Below, piece by piece: positions 30,780 to 41,001 of a stretch of DNA of 64,000 nt. The notes under the pieces were generated by a model. That model searched no databases. It saw only the letters and a list, made by a program, of their open reading frames with translations, and was not told where the DNA came from. This DNA is from Planctomycetota bacterium. GTDB lineage: Bacteria > Planctomycetota > UBA1135 > UBA2386. Both the position numbers and the translations under genes were made by a program. Position 1 is the first letter of the stretch; each line of letters begins with the position of its first letter. The stretch covers positions 4,320,001 through 4,384,000 of the forward strand of contig OZ245838.1 of the NCBI GenBank assembly GCA_965228735.1, in the 5' to 3' direction.

Positions 30780-32155
30780 GCCCCGCAGGCCGCGCTGCGG
30801 CTGCCGAAGCCGCTGCTGCCGCCGATCCCGTCGGCTTCGTGCGGCAGCACGCGCCGTGGCTCCTGGCAGAAGAACTCGGAGCCTGCGTCGTCGGTTCGAC
30901 GGCCCTGCGGATGCGCTGCGAGCGGGACGGCGTTGCCGGTCCGCGGTCGGCCGACCTCGACCTGGCGTGGGCGCTCGATCCGACGGCTGGGTGCACGTTG
31001 CTCGAGCAGCACGGCGCGTTCCTCAAGGCGACGGAGGGCAACCTCGGGCGCGGCACGGTCGCGGCGAGCATCGGTGGAGTGCGGCTCGAGATCACGACGT
31101 TCCGCGGCGCAGCGACGGAGAACGCGCCTCTCGCGGAACGAATTCGGGCCGACCTCGCCGAACGCGACATGACGATCGGCGGCGTCGCGGTCGAGCTTCG
31201 GACGGGCACGATCCACGATCCACACGACGGCTTTCGGCACTGGCACGAACGTCGCATCGCGCCGATCGGCGATCCCGCGGAACGCGTTCGTGAGCACCCC
31301 GTGCGCTGGCTGCGCTACTTCCGCAAGGCGCACGAGTTCGGCTTCGCCGTCGACCCCAAGGTGCGCGCGCTCGCGCTCGATCCCGCGCTGCTGCACGACC
31401 TGCCGCCCGAGGCGGTCGCGGGCGAACTCCGCGCGATCCTGCTCAAGTGCGGCTCGCCCGGCCGCTGCCTGCTCGAGCTGCACGAGGCCAATTTGCTCGA
31501 GACGATCGCGCCGGAGCTCGCGCGCCAGTTCGACGGCCGGCCGGCCGGGCCGCAGCGCTGGCACCCCGAGGTCTCCCAGGCGCTGCACCTGATCCTCGCG
31601 CTCGAGTGGATCGTCGAGCACTCCCGCCACCTCGACGAACGCGACCGACTCACCGTGCTGCTCGCCGTGCTCACCCACGACCTCGGCAAGGGCTACACCG
31701 AAGCCGAGCGACTGCCGAGCCACCCCGGCCACGAGCACGACGGCGTCCCGCACGTCGAACGCTTCCTCGACCGCTGGCCCGGCCTCGCCGACGCCCGCGC
31801 GCGCAACCTCGCGCGCCACGTCTGCGCGCAGCACCTCACCGTTCGCAACTTCGAACGCCTCCGCCCGGGCACGCTCGCGAAGCTCTACGACGACTGGTTC
31901 CGCCAGCAGGACTACCCGATCGAGCTCTTCGCCCTCGCCGTCGCCGCGGACAGCGCCGGCCGCCTCGGCCTCGAGAACACGGGCCACGAGGTGCAGGCCG
32001 CGGTGCAGGCCCGCCTCGAATGGCTACGCAGCGCCTGCACGAGCGTCGACGCCGCCGCGATCCGCGCCGCGCATCCCGACGACGTGAGCGCGTTCAAGAC
32101 CGCCCTGCACGAAGCCCGAGCCCGCGCGCTCCGCAGCGCGGAACCGCGACCGTAA
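30752..32155 (+). CDS. tRNA nucleotidyltransferase (CCA-adding/poly(A) polymerase class II) with HD domain; start uncertain
   Basis: DLDLA, EITTFR, DLAERDMTI, EHPVRWLRYFR, HPE...H, HDLGKG, GHE. Confidence 0.8.
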   Translation: MAREEQAEVGPAGRAAAAEAAAAADPVGFVRQHAPWLLAEELGACVVGSTALRMRCERDGVAGPRSADLDLAWALDPTAGCTLLEQHGAFLKATEGNLGRGTVAASIGGVRLEITTFRGAATENAPLAERIRADLAERDMTIGGVAVELRTGTIHDPHDGFRHWHERRIAPIGDPAERVREHPVRWLRYFRKAHEFGFAVDPKVRALALDPALLHDLPPEAVAGELRAILLKCGSPGRCLLELHEANLLETIAPELARQFDGRPAGPQRWHPEVSQALHLILALEWIVEHSRHLDERDRLTVLLAVLTHDLGKGYTEAERLPSHPGHEHDGVPHVERFLDRWPGLADARARNLARHVCAQHLTVRNFERLRPGTLAKLYDDWFRQQDYPIELFALAVAADSAGRLGLENTGHEVQAAVQARLEWLRSACTSVDAAAIRAAHPDDVSAFKTALHEARARALRSAEPRP

Positions 32156-32165
32156 CCCCCGTAAC

Positions 32166-32259
32166 CCCGTACGGTACCTGGTTCATGCTGCCGGCCGCGA
32201 GGGCGTTACTCGCGGGTGGCGTTTCGGCGGCCGGCAGCATGAACCAGGTACCGTACGGG
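32166..32259. repeat. REP/REPIN-like palindromic element, copy 1 (perfect 33-bp inverted repeat)
   Basis: CCCGTACGGTACCTGGTTCATGCTGCCGGCCGC at 32166-32198, exact reverse complement at 32227-32259; between convergent genes. Confidence 0.85.
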
Positions 32260-32266
32260 CCCCCTG

Positions 32267-35236
32267 TCACTTCGGGAGTTGGAGGTCGGCCGTCGCCGTT
32301 TTGCCGGCCTCGATCTCGACCTCGAGTTCGGGAGTCGAGGCGCGGGATGCGCCCGGGCCCATGCCGACGGACTGGCCGCGGAGCACGTAGCGGCCCGTCG
32401 GTAGCGAGTCGATCGTGAACGCGCCGTTCATCGCCATCGTCGGCTGACCTTCTTCGCCGTCGATCGGGCGGTGGAAGACCAGGCCCATGCGCACCGGCTT
32501 GCCATCCGCGCCGAGGATGCGGCCGCGCACGCGCCCGGCCTCCTGCAGCACGACCCGGCCGGCGTCGGCCTCCTGGAGCTCACGAACGGCGACCTTCGTG
32601 GTGCCCGGCGCGTGGCCATCCTCCGTGAGGCGCACCTCGTACTCGCCGGCCGGCACGTCCTCGATCACGGCCCAACCCTCGCGGTCGGTCTTCACGGTCT
32701 GACCGCCGACGGTCATCATCGTGCTGTCCTGACCCATGTCGCCGTCCGACGACACGGTCACCATCATCACGCGCACTTCGCGCCGCTCACCCTGCGCCTC
32801 GGCACGCGCGCGCGTCAGTCGCACCTCGACGCCCTCGAGCGCGCGGTTCTGCGACTGGCTCCACGCCTGCACGCGTACGGTGCCGGCGCGCAGAACGAGA
32901 TCCTGCCGCAACTCGGGGAGCTCCGGCGGGACGACGACCTCGGTCTCGGCCTTCACGAACTGGCCCGGCTTGCCGTAGCTCAGTTCGTACGTGCCGCGCT
33001 CGACGTCGGTGAACTCGAACACCCCGTTCGCGTCCGCCGTCACCGACCGGCCGCCGGCGAGCCCCATCGGCACACCGCCGGGCATCGTCGCTGCCGCGCC
33101 GCCCTTCTCGAGTTCGACCACCGCGCCGGCGATCGGTCCCGTCGCCCCGCTCACGACGCCGTGCACGCGGGTCAGCAGCGGCCGCTGAATGTTCACGACC
33201 GCCGTCTTCCCGGCCTCGACGCGGAACGTCTGCTCCGACCCCGCGATCCCCTGCGGACCGTCACCGGAGAACGAGATCATCGCGCCGCCGATGTTCTGAC
33301 CGCCGGGAGCGCGCACGAGCTCGGCCACGTAGTTGCCCGGCGCGAGCGGACCGACGACCGCCTTGCCCTCGCGATCCGTGCGCCCCGTCGACTCGTCCTC
33401 GTCCGGCTGTGCCTTCGGCCCGCGAACACGATAGCGCGCCCGCTCCGTCGCGGTGCCGTCCGTGCCGGTGATTCGCAGCTCGGCGTAGCCGGGCGTCCGC
33501 ACCGTGAGGTCGACGTCGATCGTGCCGTTCTTCACGAGCGCGAGCGTGACCGGCAGCGCCGGCGCGAAGTCCGGATGCTCGGCGTGGAACGCGACCCGCT
33601 CGCCCGGCAGACCCGCGATCACGGCGACGCCGTTCTCGTCCGTCTCGCCGGACCCGAGGGGCGCCGAACCGTCGCGAATGAGCACCTCGCCATCCACGTC
33701 CTCGACCTCGCGCGACCGCATCCGCAGCCCCATCCCCTCCTGGGCCGCCGGCGGTTCCTGCACCTTGATCTCGGCGCCGGCCACGGGCTCGCCGTCCTCG
33801 TTGCGCACGACGACGGTCGCGACCGCGCCGCGTTCGGCGACGAGATCGACGCCGGTGAGCTGCTGCGCGGGCGCCACCGCGATGCCCGACTTCTTCGCCG
33901 GCAGGTGGCCGTCGCCCGACGCGCTCAACGTGATCGCGCCGGGCGGCACGCCCTCGACCGTGAACGAGCCGTCCGCGGCCGTGCGCGTGCGCGCCATGCG
34001 ACCCTCGATCAGGCCATCGATGCCGTGCGACGCGAGCATCGAGTCCGTCGGCCCCGCCATCGCGCGGATTCGACTGCCGCCGATCGGCTTCCCGTCCTGA
34101 CCGCGCAGAACGCCCGAGATCGACGCCAGCCGCTCGACGCGCAGCAGCAGATCGCTCGTGCCGACCTCGACGTCGGCCGCGACCGCGGTGCCGTAGCCCG
34201 CGCCGGTCGCGCGCACCGTCGTGCGCTCGCCTTCGATGCCGGACAACGTGAAGAACCCGCGCGCGTCCGTCGTCGCCGCCTCGTCGTTGGTGAAGCGCTC
34301 GACCTCGATGCCGCCGCGCTGCTCGATGCGCTTCGCGCCGACCTGCATGCCTTCGACCGGCCGCCCGCGATCGTCGACGACCTGACCCGCGATCGCGGCA
34401 CCGACCGCGACCGTGAGCACGACGTCGCGCATCTTGACACCCTCCTGCACCGTCACTTCCTGCCGCGCCGGCAGGTGCTTCGCGGATGCCGTTCGCAGCG
34501 TCCACTTGCCCGACCGCAGTCGGCCGACGACGAACTCACCCTTCTCGTTGGTCCGACTCATGCTCATGTCGCCCAACGCCAACACCCCACGGACGGCCGA
34601 GACGCCGACATCGGCGACGGGGACACCGTGTTCGTCCTGCACGACACCCGTGATCGACGCGCTGCGCTCGACCACGACATCGCCGATGTCCTGATCACCG
34701 CGGAAGCCGTGCACGAGGTGGTGCTGGCTCGCCATCACGTACTCGCTCTGCGGCAACTCGAGCCCGGCGCTCCGATCACGGCCGAGCTCGAACATGAAAC
34801 GCCCGTCCGCGCCGAGCTTCAGCTCGTGGCGCGGCGCGTTCTCGCCGCCGGCTTCTGGCCCGAGGAACTCCGAACGTCCCGGGTTGCGGATCTCGCGCCA
34901 CCGCAGCTGCACGTCCGTGATCGCCGCGCCCGCGCCGTCGACGAGCCGACCCTCGATCCGCGCGCTGCGGTCGTTGGTCTCGGCCGGCGTGTCGACGGCC
35001 GTGCGCTCGGGATCCGAACCCGCGCCAGCGGCCTGGTCGGCCGTGTCGGCGTCCGCGACAGGCGCCTGTGCGATCCCGGCAGGATCGCCGCCGCCGCCGG
35101 CCTTGACCGGCGTCGTGACGTTGCCCCCGGGCGGCGTCGGCCCGGGCTGCGCGTCGTCACCGCGACCGAAGAGGAACCATGCCGCGGTCAGGAGACCCGC
35201 GACGAGGAGAACGAGAACGATGGGTTTGGCGTTCAT
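32267..35236 (-). CDS. Membrane-anchored protein with multiple carboxypeptidase-regulatory-like beta-sandwich repeats
   Basis: N-term TM; repeated I.G.V.D..G.P and T...G.F....L..G.Y motifs. Confidence 0.85.
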   Translation of the reverse strand: MNAKPIVLVLLVAGLLTAAWFLFGRGDDAQPGPTPPGGNVTTPVKAGGGGDPAGIAQAPVADADTADQAAGAGSDPERTAVDTPAETNDRSARIEGRLVDGAGAAITDVQLRWREIRNPGRSEFLGPEAGGENAPRHELKLGADGRFMFELGRDRSAGLELPQSEYVMASQHHLVHGFRGDQDIGDVVVERSASITGVVQDEHGVPVADVGVSAVRGVLALGDMSMSRTNEKGEFVVGRLRSGKWTLRTASAKHLPARQEVTVQEGVKMRDVVLTVAVGAAIAGQVVDDRGRPVEGMQVGAKRIEQRGGIEVERFTNDEAATTDARGFFTLSGIEGERTTVRATGAGYGTAVAADVEVGTSDLLLRVERLASISGVLRGQDGKPIGGSRIRAMAGPTDSMLASHGIDGLIEGRMARTRTAADGSFTVEGVPPGAITLSASGDGHLPAKKSGIAVAPAQQLTGVDLVAERGAVATVVVRNEDGEPVAGAEIKVQEPPAAQEGMGLRMRSREVEDVDGEVLIRDGSAPLGSGETDENGVAVIAGLPGERVAFHAEHPDFAPALPVTLALVKNGTIDVDLTVRTPGYAELRITGTDGTATERARYRVRGPKAQPDEDESTGRTDREGKAVVGPLAPGNYVAELVRAPGGQNIGGAMISFSGDGPQGIAGSEQTFRVEAGKTAVVNIQRPLLTRVHGVVSGATGPIAGAVVELEKGGAAATMPGGVPMGLAGGRSVTADANGVFEFTDVERGTYELSYGKPGQFVKAETEVVVPPELPELRQDLVLRAGTVRVQAWSQSQNRALEGVEVRLTRARAEAQGERREVRVMMVTVSSDGDMGQDSTMMTVGGQTVKTDREGWAVIEDVPAGEYEVRLTEDGHAPGTTKVAVRELQEADAGRVVLQEAGRVRGRILGADGKPVRMGLVFHRPIDGEEGQPTMAMNGAFTIDSLPTGRYVLRGQSVGMGPGASRASTPELEVEIEAGKTATADLQLPK

Positions 35237-35356
35237 GGCGTGGAGTGGCGCCGCCGCAACGAGCGGAGCGCGGCAGAACTTCCGACAGGCTTGCAGCGAC
35301 CGCACGAACCCGGAGACTGCGGAATCCCGCCCGAACCGCCGCCTGGAGACCCCGTC

Positions 35357-36769
35357 ATGCCCACTGTCAGCAACTTCAAGAAGCGCCGCCAGCAGTTCCT
35401 CGCCAGCATCGACTCCCCGGTCCTCCTCATGGCCGGCGGGTGGCTCGCGCGCAACTACCCCGCCAACCCGTTCCCGTTCCGCGCGGACAGCACGTTCTTG
35501 TTCTTTTTCCCCGAACCCGAGGCCAATTCAGCCGCGCTGTTCGACCCGAAGGACAGCTCCGTCACGCTCTTCCTCGACGAGCGCACGGCCGAGGACGCGC
35601 TGTGGCACGGCCCGTTGCCGAGCTTCGACGACATCAAGAAGAAGACCGGGGTGACGGCCGTCGAGAAGCGCGCCGACCTCGCGAAGCTGGTCGGCAAGAA
35701 GTGCGGCAAGCGGCAGGTGCGCGGCGTCGCGATCGCCGACCACAACGCGACGGCCGAGCTCAAGTCGATCACCAAGGAACGGCTCGACTTCCAGAACACC
35801 AAGAAGGTCGGCGACCCCGAACTGCTGCACGCGATCGCCAGGCTGCGCAACGTGCGAACGGCCGCCGAGGTCGCCGAGATGCGCGCGGCCGCCGCGGTGA
35901 CGCGCGAAGCGCACACGCTCGCGATGGCCCGCACGCGCGCGGGCATCACCGAGCAGGAACTCACGGGTCTCGTCCAGGGCACGTTCGCGCTGCACGGCTG
36001 CACCGAGGCGTACATGACGATCCTGTCCGTGCGCGGCGAGGTGCTGCACAACCACGACCACGACAACGTGCTGCACGACACCGACCTCGTGCTGCTCGAC
36101 GCGGGCGCCGAGATGCCGAGCGGTTGGTGCGCCGACGTCACGCGCACGTGGCCGGTGGGCGGGCGCTTCTCGCCCGAGGCCGGCGACATCTACGACATCG
36201 TGCTCGAGGCCGAGAAGCAGGCGATCGCCGCGGTCGAGCCCGGCGCGCGCTACCGCGACCTGCACATGATCAGCAGCCGCGTGATCGCCGACGGCCTCGC
36301 GCAGCTCGGCATCCTGAAGGGCAATGCGGACGATCTCGTCGAGAGCGGCGCGCACGCGCTGTTCTTCCCGCACGGCGTCGGCCACCTGATCGGCATCGAC
36401 GTGCACGACATGGAGGGCTTCGGCGACATCATCCACTACGCGCCCGGTCGCAAGCGAAGCACGCAGTTCGGCACGAGGAACCTCCGCCTCGACATCGATC
36501 TCGAGGCGGGCATGTGCTTCACGATCGAGCCCGGCATCTACTTCGTGCCGGCGATCCTGCGCGACCCCGAGATGCGCAAGCAGTTCAAGGACCAGGTCGA
36601 CTTCAAGAAGTGCGAACCGTTCCTGAAGATGAACGGCCGCGGCTTCGGCGGCGTGCGCATCGAGGACGACGTGATGTGCACGAAGCGCGGCCCGGACGTG
36701 ATCACCGCTGCGGTGCCGAAGGAACGCGCCGCCGTCGAGGCGCTCGTCGGCAGCGCGGGCAGTCTCTGA
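35357..36769 (+). CDS. pepP: Xaa-Pro aminopeptidase (M24B)
   Basis: FRADSTF, LLDAGAE, ADVTRTWP, HGVGHLIGIDVHD, TIEPGIYF, GVRIEDD. Confidence 0.93.
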   Translation: MPTVSNFKKRRQQFLASIDSPVLLMAGGWLARNYPANPFPFRADSTFLFFFPEPEANSAALFDPKDSSVTLFLDERTAEDALWHGPLPSFDDIKKKTGVTAVEKRADLAKLVGKKCGKRQVRGVAIADHNATAELKSITKERLDFQNTKKVGDPELLHAIARLRNVRTAAEVAEMRAAAAVTREAHTLAMARTRAGITEQELTGLVQGTFALHGCTEAYMTILSVRGEVLHNHDHDNVLHDTDLVLLDAGAEMPSGWCADVTRTWPVGGRFSPEAGDIYDIVLEAEKQAIAAVEPGARYRDLHMISSRVIADGLAQLGILKGNADDLVESGAHALFFPHGVGHLIGIDVHDMEGFGDIIHYAPGRKRSTQFGTRNLRLDIDLEAGMCFTIEPGIYFVPAILRDPEMRKQFKDQVDFKKCEPFLKMNGRGFGGVRIEDDVMCTKRGPDVITAAVPKERAAVEALVGSAGSL

Positions 36770-38031
36770 TGACCGCACCGCAGCTCGATGCCGACACCGT
36801 CGCGGCGCTTCGCATCGCGGCGCAGGGTCTGCCCGCTCCGCGTGACGCCGGCGTCTCGGACCAGATCGCGACGAGCGGCTACCAGCGCACGCTCGGCGGC
36901 GCGGACGCCTACATCGCGGTGCGTGCCCGCGTGCCCAAGCTCGTTCGAGCGGACCTCGAAGCGCTGATCCAGGAAGGCGAACTCGTCGTCATCCCCGCCG
37001 TGCGCGGCTGCATCTATGTCGTGCCCGCGAGCGAGGCGCCGATGTGCCTGTCGATCGCCGGCAAGCTCACCGAACGACGCGACGAGCGCGACGCCGAGAA
37101 GGCCGGCATCCGCGAGGGTGAGCTCGACGAGGTCAGCGACGCCGTGCACGAAGAACTTCGCGCGGGCGGCCCGCGCACGACGGCCGGCCTGCGCAAGGCG
37201 CTCGGCACCGACCTGATCCGCAGCCTCGGCGATCGCGGCAAGAAGGTCGGCGTGAGTTCGACGCTGCCGCCGGCACTCCGGCGCCTCGAGTTCAGCGGTC
37301 GCATCTCGCGCGTGCCCGTCGACGGGCGGCTCGATCACGAGAAGTACGAGTGGCGCGCCGCGGACGGCGATCCGCTCGGGCGCGCGGAGCTGCCCGAGGA
37401 GCCCGCTCGACTGCACGCGCTGCTGCTCCATGGCTTCGTGCAGCGCGCCGGGGTCACGAACCTCGACGCGTTCTGCGCGTGGTCCGGGCTCACCAAGCGC
37501 GACGCCAAGGCCGCGCTCGCCGCTGCCGGCGACGAGGTCCAGGTCGTCGCTGCCGTTGGCATCGACGGCGACGCCCTCGCGCCGCAGGCCATGGGCGAAC
37601 TGCAGACGCGCGCCAAGAAGAGCGACGACGCGACCGCGTTCCTGCCGTTCGAGGACAACCTGATCCACCTGCACGGGGCGGTCGCCAACTGGATCGCACC
37701 CGAGCACCACGACCTCGAGGTGCCGGCCTGGAGCAACATGCGCGATGCCAAGGACACGACGCGGCTCGGCGACGCCCGCCACGTGCGTTGGCGCAGCATC
37801 CTCTGTGAAGGGAGAATTCGAGGATTCTGGGACTACGACCCCGTAGAGCAGGTCGTTGTGACCGGCATGTTCGATCCACCGTCCAAGACAGGCAGGCAGC
37901 GCGTCGAGACGCTCGCGGGCGAGCTCACGGCGTTCCTCCGTGACGAGATCGGCCACGGCCTGTCGTTCTCCATCGACACCGACGAGTCCCTGACCAGGCG
38001 CTGCCAACTGCTGCGCGACCTCATCGGCTGA
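36769..38031 (+). CDS. Winged-helix HTH_42 (AlkZ/YcaQ-like) DNA glycosylase-family protein
   Basis: TGATG-coupled to pepP; AYIAVRAR, AVRGCIYVVP, FCAWSGLT, FLPFED, IL.EGRIRGFW. Confidence 0.7.
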   Translation: MTAPQLDADTVAALRIAAQGLPAPRDAGVSDQIATSGYQRTLGGADAYIAVRARVPKLVRADLEALIQEGELVVIPAVRGCIYVVPASEAPMCLSIAGKLTERRDERDAEKAGIREGELDEVSDAVHEELRAGGPRTTAGLRKALGTDLIRSLGDRGKKVGVSSTLPPALRRLEFSGRISRVPVDGRLDHEKYEWRAADGDPLGRAELPEEPARLHALLLHGFVQRAGVTNLDAFCAWSGLTKRDAKAALAAAGDEVQVVAAVGIDGDALAPQAMGELQTRAKKSDDATAFLPFEDNLIHLHGAVANWIAPEHHDLEVPAWSNMRDAKDTTRLGDARHVRWRSILCEGRIRGFWDYDPVEQVVVTGMFDPPSKTGRQRVETLAGELTAFLRDEIGHGLSFSIDTDESLTRRCQLLRDLIG

Positions 38032-38735
38032 TGTTCGACGCACTCAGTAAGGCCATCAACCAGCTGTTCGATCCGCGCATCCTGCGCGTGGTCGGAATCT
38101 CGCTGCTGCTGTCGATCGTGAGCTTCGTGCTCGTGCTGGTCGCGGTCTACTGGGCGCTCGACACGTTCGAGCTGTCGAGCATCGGCTGGCTCGAGGCCAC
38201 GGTCGACTGGCTCGGCATCTTCGCGGCGGTCGTCATCGCGCTGTTCTTGTTCCCGCCGGTCGCGGTCGTCTTCCTCGGCCTCTTCCTCGAGTCGATCGCG
38301 AGAGCCGTTGAAGCCCGCCACTATCCCGAACTCGACAAGGCGCCGGGCGTCTCGTTCACGCAGGGCCTCGTAGCTACGCTGCGGTTCTTCGCGCTGATCG
38401 TCGTCGTCAACATCGCGCTGCTGTTCCTGCTGCTGTTCCCACCCGCGTATCCGATCGGGTATCTGGTCGCGAACGGCTTCCTCATCGCGCGGGAGTATTG
38501 GGACCTCGTCGCACTGCGCCGCATGCAGCCGCGCGAGGCGAAGGCGCTGTTCTCACGTCACACAGCGGAGCTGGTGATGCTCGGGATGGGCACCGCGTTC
38601 TTGCTGACGATCCCGTTCGCCAACTTCATCGCGCCGGTGATTGCGACTGCGGTGATGGTGCACCGGTTTGAGGCGTGGCGGGGGTTGCCGCCGCCGGGGG
38701 CGATTTCGACGGGGCGCGGTGTAACGAGGTCGTGA
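38031..38735 (+). CDS. EI24/CysZ-like membrane protein
   Basis: FLESIARAVEARHYP, NGFLIAREYW.LVALRR, IPFANFIAPV. Confidence 0.85.
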   Translation: MFDALSKAINQLFDPRILRVVGISLLLSIVSFVLVLVAVYWALDTFELSSIGWLEATVDWLGIFAAVVIALFLFPPVAVVFLGLFLESIARAVEARHYPELDKAPGVSFTQGLVATLRFFALIVVVNIALLFLLLFPPAYPIGYLVANGFLIAREYWDLVALRRMQPREAKALFSRHTAELVMLGMGTAFLLTIPFANFIAPVIATAVMVHRFEAWRGLPPPGAISTGRGVTRS

Positions 38736-38806
38736 GCTCGCACCGCGCAATCACTCATCGGTTACTCGAGACACCCCCTCGACGGGACTGTTCCGCGCTC
38801 AGGTCA

Positions 38807-39088
38807 CTTCCGTGGATACAGCAAGTTCTCTTCGCCCACTCGTAAAGCTGCGTCGAACAGATCGCCGGGTTCAAAACGCTCACCAGCGGCGCGTTGCCGC
38901 TCCGCGGCCGTACGGCGCTGAACGCGCTCACGGCGTTCTACATCTGACAGAGCGTCAAACCCGCCGTCCGATCCGCAGAAATCGATGCGAAGCCCGGTCC
39001 TATCCGGTAGATCGACGCCTCGATCTCCGGTCTTGTCGATACCCGTCCTGCTTGGTGTTTGGTGAACCATGGCCATCGCGGCTTGTAA
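38807..39088 (+). pseudogene. Possible degraded gene fragment
   Basis: One frame shows strong GC3 bias but has 3 internal stops (38843, 38945, 39008); no family recognised. Confidence 0.3.
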
Positions 39089-39107
39089 AGAAGTCGGCTT
39101 AGAGGAG

Positions 39108-40565
39108 CTACTGCGCCAAGAGCAATGCTGTCTCGGCGGCAAGCTTGCTTATGTCCGCCGACTTGCTCGTCAAAGCGAGCCGCTCGACGTCCACGGCCAA
39201 CTCTCTTAGCGGACTCCTTTTGAGGGCCGACAGGACGTACCGTTGCGACTCCATGGCGCTCGCATCCGCACTGGAAAGGCACTGCCTGAACAGGCGTATC
39301 GCTTCCCCTCGGTTGTTTGAGTCGACCATTCTGGCTGTATCAACTGCCGAGTAGAACCCCACTTGGAGCGCACTATTGTGCACTGCGGCTGGATCCGCAG
39401 CCACGACTTCAACAAACAGCTTGCGAACCTCGTCAATGGGTTGCGTATTTGCCAACTTCATGAATGCGGTCACCCGCACACCGTCTAACCGCCCATGCTT
39501 CGCAAGCTCCCGGAGAAACGTCACGGCTTGTGGAGACGCTCGCTCGCCGATGACCTCCAGCATCATTCGATGAAACGCATTTGCCTCGGTTGGCTCACTT
39601 GGCCACTCGGTCGCGAGAAGTTCGTCGACCAGATCTAGGCGGGTCAAGTGCGATACCGCATCCGCTTGGCTCGGCGTCCCGTCTACGAGCCGCCTCATCG
39701 CTACCGCCCAAGCGCTCATACTAGAGTTCCAAACTCCGAAACGTTTCACCGTCCCCCGACTAGATTCGTTAAGCTTCGCCAGGAATTGATCTCCAATTCT
39801 CGTTGCACCCGTGGTCACTGCCGCGATCGCGTCCCCTGGATCCGAGAACGAGAACATTGCTTCCATCACTAGTGTGATTCGCGCAATATCCGGCGGCCTC
39901 GCATCGGCCAGAGGAAGGCTCGCTTCGACTATTCCGCCCAGCGCCTGCGAACCCTCTCGCAACAGAAGCTCTCGCAGAAGCGCCCACAGAGCGTCGCCAT
40001 CGAGCCCCGCAATTGCCGCAGCTACGGATGCCTGGCACGAAGCTGCATCGAAACACGGCCACCCTGCAAGTAGGGCTTGGAGAGCGCGGTGGTGCCCAGG
40101 CGGCACGACGGAGCGCACGTATGCATGAACATCTGCGACCAGCGCCGGCCCGGGCTTCTGGTCCTGACGAATCATCGTCGCCACGGGCGCATCAATTGCT
40201 AGATTCGGATCTTCAAGTAGCGCATCTTCCCGAAGTAGCTCCAGCGTGAGTCGGCTGACGGCTTCCAAGCCGAACTGTCCGCTACGAACGCCCTCCGCCA
40301 AGCGCAAGCCTGCCGGACCCGACCGCACGGTGAAGAGCCACTCCTTCAGGAGGTCGCGCAGGACCGGGCTAGCTTTCGGCACCGAGACAACGGACCGGTT
40401 TGGAACCTCCACATCTTCTGCCACACCAACCTCGACGTCGTCACTGTGGCGAGACGCATGGTCCTCGAGCGGACTAACAACGCCCCCTTCGATAAAAAAG
40501 CAAATCACACCGACGCACGCCGTGCCGATGCCCGCCAGCAGGGCCACACGCATTAGCCTTCGCAT
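39108..40565 (-). CDS. Membrane-anchored alpha-helical hypothetical protein (island)
   Basis: ATG 10 nt after the Cys-rich gene stop; N-term TM; HEAT-like C-terminal part; atypical lower-GC codon use. Confidence 0.65.
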   Translation of the reverse strand: MRRLMRVALLAGIGTACVGVICFFIEGGVVSPLEDHASRHSDDVEVGVAEDVEVPNRSVVSVPKASPVLRDLLKEWLFTVRSGPAGLRLAEGVRSGQFGLEAVSRLTLELLREDALLEDPNLAIDAPVATMIRQDQKPGPALVADVHAYVRSVVPPGHHRALQALLAGWPCFDAASCQASVAAAIAGLDGDALWALLRELLLREGSQALGGIVEASLPLADARPPDIARITLVMEAMFSFSDPGDAIAAVTTGATRIGDQFLAKLNESSRGTVKRFGVWNSSMSAWAVAMRRLVDGTPSQADAVSHLTRLDLVDELLATEWPSEPTEANAFHRMMLEVIGERASPQAVTFLRELAKHGRLDGVRVTAFMKLANTQPIDEVRKLFVEVVAADPAAVHNSALQVGFYSAVDTARMVDSNNRGEAIRLFRQCLSSADASAMESQRYVLSALKRSPLRELAVDVERLALTSKSADISKLAAETALLLAQ

Positions 40566-40575
40566 CGCACTCGCG

Positions 40576-41001
40576 CTACTGAGTACAATCAGCGTGTTGG
40601 TTACCGTTGGTGCATGCAAGCGGCGTCGCCTGCGTGAATGCTTGGTCGTTCTGCCATTGCGAAGCAACGCACGCAGCGCCATTGCAGGACCAGGATCGCT
40701 TCTCGCTGAACTTGGTAAACGACTTGCAGCAGGACTCCGGGACCGGTGTACCTGGATTACACTCGAAGATGGCGGGCCACTTGTACTCAGTATACCCACA
40801 CTCGTTGTCGCCGTCGTTATTGCAATCGGTAGTCGGCTGGTCGCTGTAAGTGTAGGCTTTCTCCGTGAGCTTGACCCCGATGTTGCTGCATGGGTCATTC
40901 CCGTGATCTGCAGGGCTCGAATCAAGGAAAAGACTAGCCGAGGCCATTCCAACGATGAGCATCATCGAATAGACGGCGTGGTTGATCGCTGAGGCGGACA
41001 T
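40576..41001 (-). CDS. Small secreted cysteine-rich protein (141 aa, 10 Cys)
   Basis: GAAGGAG RBS; hydrophobic signal; 10 Cys including a CC pair; DCNNDGDNE Dx[DN]xDG-like loop. Confidence 0.75.
   Translation of the reverse strand: MSASAINHAVYSMMLIVGMASASLFLDSSPADHGNDPCSNIGVKLTEKAYTYSDQPTTDCNNDGDNECGYTEYKWPAIFECNPGTPVPESCCKSFTKFSEKRSWSCNGAACVASQWQNDQAFTQATPLACTNGNQHADCTQ

Noticed and set aside
32166..32259. Palindromic repeats as a CRISPR array
   Set aside because: Copies are dispersed and inverted, not regularly spaced direct repeats; no cas genes.
32471..36769. 1432-aa ORF and other very long ORFs (25161-28139, 47738-50833, 8454-10937, 35179-38031 extension)
   Set aside because: Antisense or alternative-frame shadows typical of high-GC DNA. 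Only the C-terminal parts (pepP, AlkZ-like) carry real motifs.
39108..40952. 614-aa version of the island membrane protein overlapping the Cys-rich gene
   Set aside because: The N-terminal extension overlaps a better-supported gene that has an RBS and signal peptide. A start at 40565 places the TM at the N-terminus.
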